Shown piece by piece: positions 30,569-38,751 of a DNA stretch of 64,000 nt (the first letter of the stretch is position 1; the number at the start of each line of letters is the position of its first letter). The translations under genes were made by a program, and so were the position numbers. The notes under the pieces are model-generated. The model had not been told where the DNA came from. It ran no database searches and was given only the letters and a program-made list of their open reading frames with translations. Source of the stretch: Syntrophaceae bacterium UBA2188 (GTDB lineage Bacteria; Desulfobacterota; BSN033; UBA1163); the NCBI GenBank assembly GCA_002327985.1, contig DCVM01000126.1, positions 2,381-66,380 of the forward strand, written 5' to 3'.

Positions 30569-31582
30569 TCATTGAATCCTAACCCATATTCTTTGACCTG
30601 GGGAGTGATAAAATAGTTCTCCTTCAAGATAAATTTTTAAGAAGAGTTTATGATATCCAAGAGAAAAATCCGAGATAGGTATATTGGCATTGAAACCACT
30701 GTATAGATAGTCGGGATTATTAAAATAAGCCGCCACATCTTCACGTTTGGCGCCGCAATGAACAGAATAATCTTTGCCACCAAAACTTATTTGGATATTC
30801 TTTATCTTGTTTGGGCTTGCAATCCAGCCACCAACCAAAACCATATTCTCCTTTTGATTTATATTTACCTGCCATTTTTTCTTTTGAGGCATGATAGAAT
30901 TAATGCTTTCAATATTAGCATATACAGGAGCCTGCTCTTTAGACCATCTGCCAATATCAGCATCTGGGCCTATCATTGAATATACAAGCAAGATATTAGA
31001 GCAGAAAATTCCTAATATTGCATGAGATATCGCTATGGTGAAAAGGTTGGGAAACTTGCTATAAGTTCCAGACCAGATAATGCCCGCCGCAAAACCGAAT
31101 AGGATGAGCGGAGGTGTCGGAATATGTATCATGGAAAAAGTTAATGCTGAAATAAAGATAGCCATATTTGTGTGAGGAAAAAATATATCTCTGTAACACA
31201 TGAAAAAAAAGGCCAGAAAAATATATTGTTGGAATAAAGCCCAAAACGGGTAAGTAAAAAGTTTGTTCCAGAATAAAGAATCACGATAAAAATAATTGTT
31301 TACTGGAAAAAAAAGGTGCCATAGGACATATAAAACTGGGATAGCTATTGATGTAAAAATAAGCAGTATTTTAAAAGAGTCATACCAGTTGTCCAATCTA
31401 AAACCGAGGTCTTTAAGGCTTTTCTTATTAATGTAATTTGAGTAAATAAAAAATAAAAAGATTGGTATTGCGGAAAAAACTTTCACCCATTGATGATACA
31501 GGGGGCTGATTAGCCATAAATAACCAAAAATAAATATAATTCCAACCAAAACTTCAACGGTTGATTTAATTCTTTGAGACAT
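30569..31582 (-). CDS. CPBP (CAAX/Abi) family intramembrane protease-like protein with C-terminal soluble domain
   Basis: Multiple TM helices; 'QQY' in place of EE..R, 'FS.IH', 'AISHA.LG'; markedly AT-rich. Confidence 0.65.
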   Translation of the reverse strand: MSQRIKSTVEVLVGIIFIFGYLWLISPLYHQWVKVFSAIPIFLFFIYSNYINKKSLKDLGFRLDNWYDSFKILLIFTSIAIPVLYVLWHLFFPVNNYFYRDSLFWNKLFTYPFWALFQQYIFLAFFFMCYRDIFFPHTNMAIFISALTFSMIHIPTPPLILFGFAAGIIWSGTYSKFPNLFTIAISHAILGIFCSNILLVYSMIGPDADIGRWSKEQAPVYANIESINSIMPQKKKWQVNINQKENMVLVGGWIASPNKIKNIQISFGGKDYSVHCGAKREDVAAYFNNPDYLYSGFNANIPISDFSLGYHKLFLKIYLEGELFYHSPGQRIWVRIQ

Positions 31583-31857
31583 ACATCTAAATTCCTTTTA
31601 GGTTCTGCTAAAATACTATTACACTAAAAATATAAATAAATTGGATGGGGATAACGCAGTGGGTGACCCTATCCACAACCAAAACGTTTAAATTTTAAAG
31701 GATTCTAATGGAGGGAGTAAAGAGTTGTCAATCATTCAACTTTTTCAAGCAGTGCAGGAGCATGCCGGACATTCTTCAATTAAGATGACAATGAGATATT
31801 CCCACCTCTCTCCCGCATTTCAAAAGGGATCAGTCCAACTGCTCAAGGGTCTTTAGG

Positions 31858-32828
31858 AATGGATCCAACTCATACTGAGTTTCTTTCCTGGAACACAAAC
31901 ATTTGCTGACGAGATTTTTGATTATTTGGTTGTCCCCCTCAAAACGATAAGAGAGGCCGTTTGGGCGACCATTCCAAAGCTTTTTTTCATCGCTATTTTG
32001 GCGTTCATCACCGTTTATGTCTTGAAGCTGATGCGTCTTTTTTTTCTGGAAGTGGAAAAAGAGACTCTCACTTTTAAAGGATTCTATCCGGAGTGGGCAC
32101 AGCCGACCTATAAAATCTGCCGTGTTCTGGTTATTGCTTTTGCGGCGATTATTGCGTTTCCGTATATCCCAGGTTCGGATTCTCCTGCCTTTAAGGGGAT
32201 CTCCATCTTTGTCGGCGTTCTTTTTTCTTTGGGATCTTCCTCAGCGATTGCCAACAACATTGCTGGATTTACTTTAACCTACAGGCGGGCTTTCAAGATC
32301 GGAGACAGGGTAAAGATTGCCGATTTCGTAGGAGATGTGGGGAATACCAGGCTTCAGGTGACACACTTGAGAACGGTTAAAAATGAGGAAATTACCGTTC
32401 CCAATTGAATGATCGTTAGCAGTCATGTGATCAACTATAGTTCATTGGCCAGAGAAAACGGTTTGATCCTCCATACGACAGTAACCATTGGCTATGACGC
32501 AGCGTGGCGTCAAGTCCATTCACTTCTATCGATGGCGGCTGAACGTACCTCGGGGTTATTGCGCGAGCCACTGCCCTTTATTCTTCAGAAATCCCTCGAT
32601 GATTTCTATGTCACTTATGAGTTAAATGTTTACACGGATAAACCTTTGGAGATGTCAAAGATTTATTCTGAACTGCATGAGAACATTCAGGATGCCTTTA
32701 ACGAACAAGGAGTACAGATCATGTCACCTCACTACGAAATGGACCCCCCGCAGATCAAGGTTGTACTCAAGGAGAGGTGGTATGCAGCCCCTGTAGAATC
32801 ACCTGATGATCCAGGAAATAAGGGGTAA
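31858..32828 (+). pseudogene. MscS family mechanosensitive channel, 5'-truncated with internal TGA
   Basis: ORFs 31926-32408 and 32409-32828 are in one frame, split by TGA at 'VPN*MIV'. Motifs FPYIPGS.S.AF.G, FKIGDRV, IQDAFNE.GVQIMSPHY. Confidence 0.85.
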
Positions 32829-32861
32829 CGAATAGAGCGGATTTTAAAAGGAGGGACATCT

Positions 32862-33422
32862 ATGATTAGAGCGGTTTCAAAATATTGGTGGATTTTTACT
32901 TTGCGTGGAATCATTGCGATCGCTTTTGGCCTGGCTGCTCTCTTGTGGCCGGCTCTGACACTCGGGGTAATGGTTTTGCTTTTTGGTTTTTTTGCCTTAC
33001 TTGAAGGGCTATTAACGGTTGTCACCTCCTTTAGGAAGGGTGAAGAGAAAGGCGGATGGACTCTTCTGCTCGAAGGTCTTGTAGGGTTACTCGTATGTGT
33101 CATCGTGTTATTAGGAACGAGTATTGGAAACATGTTATGGCCTAAAGTAGCGGCCTTGATGTTTGTCTATTATATTGCTGGATGGGCAATGATTGCAGGT
33201 CTTTTTAAAATCATCACGGCCTTTCGAATCAGAAGGGAGGTGAAAGGGGAGTGGATCCTTGGTTTAAGCGGATTGATTTCACTTTTGGTTGGGTTGATCC
33301 TGATCATTCGCCCTGGGGCAGGGGTTCTGGCCGTAGCATGGCTGATCGGTATTCTTGCCATCATCCTCGGCATTTTCCAGATACTTCTGGGTCTGAAATT
33401 TCGTAAGATTGGTACAGGTTGA
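32862..33422 (+). CDS. HdeD/DUF308 family membrane protein
   Basis: 'WW...LRG..AI.FG..AL.WP'; about six TM segments in two repeats. Confidence 0.85.
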   Translation: MIRAVSKYWWIFTLRGIIAIAFGLAALLWPALTLGVMVLLFGFFALLEGLLTVVTSFRKGEEKGGWTLLLEGLVGLLVCVIVLLGTSIGNMLWPKVAALMFVYYIAGWAMIAGLFKIITAFRIRREVKGEWILGLSGLISLLVGLILIIRPGAGVLAVAWLIGILAIILGIFQILLGLKFRKIGTG

Positions 33423-33800
33423 AAAAATTGACCCATTCGGCGGCGCTATGCTCCACCTTTGAATGCAGGGTGAGAAAGCGCCGCCTCCTTCGGCAAGCTC
33501 AGCAGAATAGGGATAGCGACCATTTTTGTTGACCAGGCTGAGGAGGCTGGATGAAAAGTGAATGTTTCTGCTATCTTTCCGCTATCTTGCATGTTTCGAA
33601 AAAATGCGATTTGATATTCTTATATTCAATTTCAACTGCTTAAAGAAGGTGCACAAATTCGATTAGTCCAAAAGCCTTTTGCTCGTTTTCACTCATTAAT
33701 TGTTGATTGTTGGGATTTGGAATATCTGAAGACAAGTAGGTGAGGTCACCAGTCAGGAGTTAATCCGACAATGTCTGCGAAATCAAGTCAAGATTTTTAC

Positions 33801-34343
33801 CTATAAACCCCTCAATTGATCTTTGATCCCATCCAGTTTGGTATTGTAGGAGTGAACCAATTTCTCATTTTCTTTTTTCCAAATTTCACTCTCTTCGAGT
33901 TTGGGCTCCACTGCGTTTCCGTAGATGCCGTCTTTCCTCAAGGCCTCTATGCATCGAGCCCTCACGTCCTCTTTGACCTTTTCCTTTTCACCTTGATATT
34001 GCGAAAGGAGATAATAGAATGTTTGTCTTACCTCATCGATATTTCGTCCCTTCAATGATTCAATCCCTTTGAAGATCCTTTCGTCGTCATCCTCCAGAGA
34101 GAGGGCATCAATCCATTGCGAAAGAAGGAACTCTTTCACCATGATCGCTGTCTTCTTCTCCATTCTCCCAATCTCCTTCAGAATGTCATTTAAGGGAAGG
34201 TGTCCTTCACGATACCGATGAAAAAGGCTGGTCGTCTTTTGTAAGACTTCTTTTTGTTTAATCTCTTCTTTTTCTTTGTCAGAGATGGCGACCTTTTTTG
34301 TTCTCTCCATCGCCAATTCTAAGGATGATTTAATCTCTGCCAT
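33801..34343 (-). CDS. conserved hypothetical helical protein
   Basis: MAEIKSSLELAMERT start with GAGGAGAGG RBS. Confidence 0.7.
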   Translation of the reverse strand: MAEIKSSLELAMERTKKVAISDKEKEEIKQKEVLQKTTSLFHRYREGHLPLNDILKEIGRMEKKTAIMVKEFLLSQWIDALSLEDDDERIFKGIESLKGRNIDEVRQTFYYLLSQYQGEKEKVKEDVRARCIEALRKDGIYGNAVEPKLEESEIWKKENEKLVHSYNTKLDGIKDQLRGL

Positions 34344-34465
34344 AGATGACCTCTCCTCACTTAAGGAATAGCATAGATCGCATGACGGATAGCGTAAATT
34401 CTGCACAAGCAGTCCAGCCTTCTGGATGTTTAACTAAAAAAACAATCTTATCTAAAAACAGATTA

Positions 34466-34503
34466 AAAAAGAAACCCCAGGATAATCACCCGGGGTTTCT
34501 TTT
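34466..34503 (-). terminator. intrinsic terminator after csp
   Basis: aaaaagaaacccc...ggggtttctttt. Confidence 0.75.
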
Positions 34504-34527
34504 GTTTTCAGTCTAACCAGTTTCCGC

Positions 34528-34731
34528 TTAGGCCAGTACCGAAACATTCGTCGCCTGTGGACCCTTCGGACCTTCAGAGATTTCGAACTCTACCTCATCG
34601 CCTTCGTAAAGAGTTTTGAATCCATCCTTCTTAATGGCGGAGAAGTGAACAAAGACATCGCTCCCATCATCTCTAGAAATGAATCCGAAGCCCTTCTTCT
34701 CATTAAACCATTTTACACGACCTTTGGCCAC
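34528..34731 (-). CDS. cold-shock protein (CspA family)
   Basis: G.VKWFN..KGFGFI; DVFVHFSAI; KGPQA.NV. Confidence 0.97.
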   Translation of the reverse strand: MAKGRVKWFNEKKGFGFISRDDGSDVFVHFSAIKKDGFKTLYEGDEVEFEISEGPKGPQATNVSVLA

Positions 34732-34877
34732 TACAACTCACCTCCTCTCATTTCTAAACTGACGTAAGTTGTAATAGCCCTTGGTCCCTACTAAAAAGCC
34801 ACAAAAGCATGAAGTTCTAACTTTTGTGGCTCTTTTTATGATCCAAACAACTACTCCTTACAACTTACAGTGGGGAC

Positions 34878-34906
34878 ATTATGGGAAATTATTTTTTAAA
34901 AGTCAA
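34878..34906 (-). promoter_or_regulatory. promoter of csp, implying a ~140-nt 5' UTR
   Basis: TTGACT-17 nt-CATAAT on the minus strand; UTR hairpin gccacaaaag...cttttgtggc. Confidence 0.55.
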
Positions 34907-35196
34907 GTATTTTTTCATTTTGCAAATTTTGGTTAAACAAAAAGAATAGAGATCTGGGAAGAGTCACCAGATAGAGGTGAAAAAATCGGAACGTCCGAGG
35001 AGAGGTCTGATCGTTTGAAAGAATATTTAGAGGATAATGACAAAAGCACCAAGGTGAAGAAATACGAGATTAAACGTTAAAATAGGGGGCATTCAAGCTG
35101 AGACAAAAGGATTCAGGAAAATTTTTAGCCATTGATGAGAAATGATAAAAAATTATAATTTATTGAAATTAATAGAGAAAATTAAAATATTTTTTC

Positions 35197-35230
35197 TTGA
35201 CACAATAAACATATTGTATTATATTGTATT
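35197..35230 (+). promoter_or_regulatory. promoter and candidate operator of the RHH-HEAT-ParA operon
   Basis: TTGACA-17 nt-TATATT; ACAATA-N4-TATTGT inverted repeat in the spacer and tandem ATATTGTATT x2 over the -10. Confidence 0.6.
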
Positions 35231-35255
35231 TCAAATTGGTTTAAGGGGGTTTTTG

Positions 35256-35435
35256 GTGCAGAAAAAGGTTGCCCGAACCATTTATATTAAAGATGAACAA
35301 ATGGAGGCTTTGAAGAGGTTGTCCGAAAAGACTAAAGTCCCCCAATCCGTTTATGTCAGGGAGGCTTTGGATATGTTATTGGAAAAATATTCTGAACAGC
35401 TGAAATTCGAATTTAAAGAGTATTTCAAGGGGTAA
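35256..35435 (+). CDS. ribbon-helix-helix DNA-binding protein
   Basis: GTG start; 'RTIYI..EQ.EALKRLSEKTKVPQSVYVREALD.LL.KY'. Confidence 0.8.
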   Translation: MQKKVARTIYIKDEQMEALKRLSEKTKVPQSVYVREALDMLLEKYSEQLKFEFKEYFKG

Positions 35436-35475
35436 CCTTTTCCAAAACCTTTTAGGATTGGAGTGAAAAGTTAAC

Positions 35476-36231
35476 ATGGCAGATCGTTTCCGATTAAATT
35501 ATTTAAAATCCACAGCATTAGAAAGACCGGACGTCAATGAATCTTTTTTCTCCCGTCATCACATAAGAAAGGTGCGTCCCTCTTCCCCTCCCTTGGAATT
35601 AAACATTCCGGAGACCTTCTCTAACGAGGCTATTCTCAAACAGGTGAAAACGGATCTGAAAAACCCCGATGCGAAGGTAAGAATTTTGGCTATCAGATAT
35701 TATTTAGAAAAACATTATCCATCGATTCCCGTGACCTTACTGCAGGAAATTTTATCTGATCGGGACCCGGATGTCAGAGTCGAAGCGCTCCGTTCCCTGG
35801 TTCAATTCAAAAGCCCCACGGTTTCTTCCTTATTGAAAAAATATCTTAAAGATGGTGATCCAAGGGTGAGGATGACGGCCCTTCGAGGACTATTCCAGTA
35901 TCAAGAAAAAATCGATCTAAACATCTTTCTTCAATTCTTGAGCGATGAGTCGTCTTGGGTGAGAAGAAAAGTAGCCACCTTATTAGGATGGACACAATGG
36001 GAGGGGGTTTTACCGATCCTGATGGAATTGTCAAGGGATCAGGATGCCATGGTGAGAAAAGCGGCCCTCTTCTCTTTGGCCACCCGTTATCCTGAGGAGA
36101 GTGAGAATCGTTTGATGGAGGCCATGACCGATTCAGACCCCGTTCTTCGAAATTGGGTAAAAACGACTTTAGAAAAAATGTTGGATAGACCGGTGAAGAG
36201 GAGAAAGGGTTTTCTTACGAATCAAGGTTGA
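35476..36231 (+). CDS. HEAT-repeat protein (PomY-like position)
   Basis: About six repeats of 'L.D.D..VR..A...L'; overlaps the ParA gene. Confidence 0.85.
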   Translation: MADRFRLNYLKSTALERPDVNESFFSRHHIRKVRPSSPPLELNIPETFSNEAILKQVKTDLKNPDAKVRILAIRYYLEKHYPSIPVTLLQEILSDRDPDVRVEALRSLVQFKSPTVSSLLKKYLKDGDPRVRMTALRGLFQYQEKIDLNIFLQFLSDESSWVRRKVATLLGWTQWEGVLPILMELSRDQDAMVRKAALFSLATRYPEESENRLMEAMTDSDPVLRNWVKTTLEKMLDRPVKRRKGFLTNQG

Positions 36232-37259
36232 AGACGAAAATATTGTCCATGACCAATCAATCGCACCCCCTTATTTCGAAGGCCCAGATATTTGGAAATA
36301 CGCTCTATCCGCCGAAGGCCTTTGCCCAAATCCTCGGGATCTCGAAACACGAGCTCCTTGAGAAAGAGGCACAAGGCATTTTTCCCCCTGCCAAAAGGGA
36401 TGCCAACCAGGAGCGCACCTATAAGCCAGAGGATGTGATCAAGTATCGGACCTACCTGGGACTTCCTTCTCCCCTCCCATCTATCCGGAAACAGCTCTTC
36501 CTTAACTTTAAAGGAGGAACAGGGAAAAGCACGATCTCTGCCTCATATGGTTTTCGCCTTGCCCAGATGGGGGTTCGGACTCTCTTGATCGATTTAGATC
36601 CACAAGGCCATCTGACACAATGCCTGGGCCTCAACAGTCAACAGTTCCCCAAGACCCTGTTTAATGCTTTGATCGAGAAGGAGGAGCTCGAAAAGGTCAT
36701 CGTCAAAACGGATCTCCCCACCTTGGATGTCATCCCCTCGAATCTGAACCTCTCACCGGTGGAACTCTCACTCTTTTCGATGAATTCAAGAGAATTCCGG
36801 CTAAAGAGACTCATTAGTTCTATCGAGAAAAACTATGAACTGATTGTAATGGATGCCTCTCCCAGCATCGGGCTCTTAAACTTGAATGCGATCCTTGCCT
36901 CTAACGATCTCATCATTCCTGTCTTGGCTGATTTCCTCTCTTACCATGGGCTCAAGATTCTTTTCGAGACACTCTCCACCATTGAAGAAGATTTTTCTTT
37001 TGTCTTTGAGAATATCTTTATCTTCTTGAACCGTTATAACGAATCCCATCGAATCTGCAAACGTTCAAAAAAGGCACTGGAAACCCATTATGACAAATAC
37101 CTCCTCAGCACTGTGATCCGCCAGGATACAAAGATTGCCGAAGCCACCAGTCAAGGGACTCCGATCTTTCTATACGCCCAATCGTCAAAGGGTGCAACGG
37201 ATATCCAGAGCCTGATCGATGAAATATTAGACCTGAAAGGAGCTGATCATGTCGGATGA
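36228..37259 (+). CDS. ParA/MinD ATPase with N-terminal MerR-like HTH; PomZ-like
   Basis: Deviant Walker A 'QLFLNFKGGTGKS', 'IDLDPQG', 'PVLADFLSYHGLKILFET', 'SSKGATDIQ'; recalled similarity to M. xanthus PomZ. Confidence 0.85.
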   Translation: MKTKILSMTNQSHPLISKAQIFGNTLYPPKAFAQILGISKHELLEKEAQGIFPPAKRDANQERTYKPEDVIKYRTYLGLPSPLPSIRKQLFLNFKGGTGKSTISASYGFRLAQMGVRTLLIDLDPQGHLTQCLGLNSQQFPKTLFNALIEKEELEKVIVKTDLPTLDVIPSNLNLSPVELSLFSMNSREFRLKRLISSIEKNYELIVMDASPSIGLLNLNAILASNDLIIPVLADFLSYHGLKILFETLSTIEEDFSFVFENIFIFLNRYNESHRICKRSKKALETHYDKYLLSTVIRQDTKIAEATSQGTPIFLYAQSSKGATDIQSLIDEILDLKGADHVG

Positions 37260-37581
37260 ATTTACCAACAACGTCGCACAAAAATTCCCGAACACGCTGA
37301 ACAAAGAGCCGATTGAAAGGCCTTGGGATGTTTCAGAACCCAGATCCATCTCTCCTTTGAAGAAAGCTGTGGAAGAGCCCAAAAAAGATGATTTAACAGA
37401 GCGAATCGATACCCTTTATTCTGAACTTCGTTCCTCTTTGACTGTCCGATCCGCCCTGGAATTCGATCTGAAGAAGGCCAAGCGAATTCTGGAAGAGGTG
37501 AACCGGGTCAAAGCAGAGGTGGAAAAGATTGTCGAGATGTTAAGGGTGATGGATGAATATATGAGAGAACGAATCAAATAA
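37249..37581 (+). CDS. short coiled-coil protein, PomX-like paralogue 1
   Basis: N-terminal 'EFTNNVAQKFP'; coiled coil 'RSALEFDL' shared with the next gene. Confidence 0.65.
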   Translation: MSDEFTNNVAQKFPNTLNKEPIERPWDVSEPRSISPLKKAVEEPKKDDLTERIDTLYSELRSSLTVRSALEFDLKKAKRILEEVNRVKAEVEKIVEMLRVMDEYMRERIK

Positions 37582-37643
37582 TCTCCTTTCCCTTTTTCAG
37601 AGAGGGCAAGAAAAAAAGGCCGAGTGGCTGAGGAGGATAAAGG

Positions 37644-38459
37644 ATGAAGCCAAGAAGTCAGGTGGTCACGGCCGATGGATTCGATACCAATGTTGCTGAA
37701 AAGATGCCGAAGATTAGAAAGCTGGAAGAACCCCTTCCTTTGCCTCTGGAAGAGGAAATCCAGCCTCTGGAGGAAGATCGCCCCGAGCCTATCGCGGAGA
37801 TGAGATCTCCGGAGAAGCAGACGGTCAGGAAGGTGATCTTCGAGTCCCCCAAGAAGGGATTAGAGAAAGAACAAGGCCTGGATGTCCTGAAATTGATTGA
37901 AGACCTTCATGCTCAACTTCTCGCTGCGGCCCAGACCAAGAGGGCACTGGAGATGGACCTGTCTGCCCATCAGAAGACCGCCCATCAATTGACCCAGGAC
38001 AATCAAGAATTACGACGCCAACTGGAGACCTTGAATCGAGAGCATACCCGGCTCAAAGAACTTCAGTCCGAATCCCTCTATCTCCAAGAGGAAAATGCAG
38101 ATGCCTTGGAGAAGATCAAAGAGTTTCAACAGGAATTGCGAGAGATGAGAGGCGCCTTGAACAAGGCCATGCAGGATAAGGAAGAAGCCCTCGAGCGAAT
38201 ACGCGACCTCGAGTCACAGATCGAGCAGAACGAATTGTTTAAGATCAAGGGAAAGTTAAAGGAGAGGGAGGCTTCCCTCTTCTCTGAGGAGAACCGGGAA
38301 CTCCAATCCAAACTGCAGGAGACCCTGGCCCAGAATATGGATCTGGAGAGGAAGTATGAGACCTTGAAAAAATCCTTTCATGAGGTCAGAGAATCTCTTA
38401 CCTTCTTAAGGGATTCCTGTAAAGCGAATTACTATAACCTATCGGAGAATACTGAATGA
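37644..38459 (+). CDS. long coiled-coil protein with Pro/Glu-rich disordered N-terminus, PomX-like paralogue 2
   Basis: 'GFDTNVAEKMPKIRKL', P/E-rich linker, ~190-aa heptad coiled coil. Confidence 0.75.
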   Translation: MKPRSQVVTADGFDTNVAEKMPKIRKLEEPLPLPLEEEIQPLEEDRPEPIAEMRSPEKQTVRKVIFESPKKGLEKEQGLDVLKLIEDLHAQLLAAAQTKRALEMDLSAHQKTAHQLTQDNQELRRQLETLNREHTRLKELQSESLYLQEENADALEKIKEFQQELREMRGALNKAMQDKEEALERIRDLESQIEQNELFKIKGKLKEREASLFSEENRELQSKLQETLAQNMDLERKYETLKKSFHEVRESLTFLRDSCKANYYNLSENTE

Positions 38460-38462
38460 AAT

Positions 38463-38620
38463 AGAGAGAGCTCTAAAAAACTACTAAACGCTCTCTTGAT
38501 TACATTGATTTCAAAAAATGATTACACAGATTTTTCTTTCCTATCACTACTTTTCTAATCGGTGTAATCGCTTCATAATCGTTGTAATCAGAGATTTCAA
38601 GGCTTTTTCAGAAATCTCAT
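38463..38620. repeat. GATTACAC-type mini-element
   Basis: ttgattacattgatt, gattacacagat, inverted atcggtgtaatc, end cagagatttc...gctttttcagaaatctc, as at 15274-15404. Confidence 0.75.
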
Positions 38621-38751
38621 GGAAAATGATTTGACATCCTCCAATAATTAAGTTATTAAAATTTTTAATAGACTACAATTTGACTCGCCATTTTTAATCC
38701 CCTCTCGTTACTTGTTCCGTATAGAAGGGATCATTTCATGGGAGAACCTGT

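Noticed and set aside
32400-32415. In-frame TGA in mscS as selenocysteine or programmed readthrough
   Set aside because: The position corresponds to Ser in the conserved PNS motif (TCA to TGA by one change), the gene is also 5'-truncated, and no SECIS-like hairpin is evident. A simple pseudogene is more likely.
33437-33510. ggcggcgct...agcgccgcc hairpin plus cttcggcaagctcag as a riboswitch or ncRNA
   Set aside because: It looks like a terminator or REP remnant after hdeD; no recognisable aptamer or downstream gene on that strand.
36228-37259. Plasmid/prophage partition cassette (type Ia ParA)
   Set aside because: No parB, rep, phage or conjugation genes are nearby. The context is chromosomal, and the HEAT and coiled-coil partners fit a Pom-like system better.
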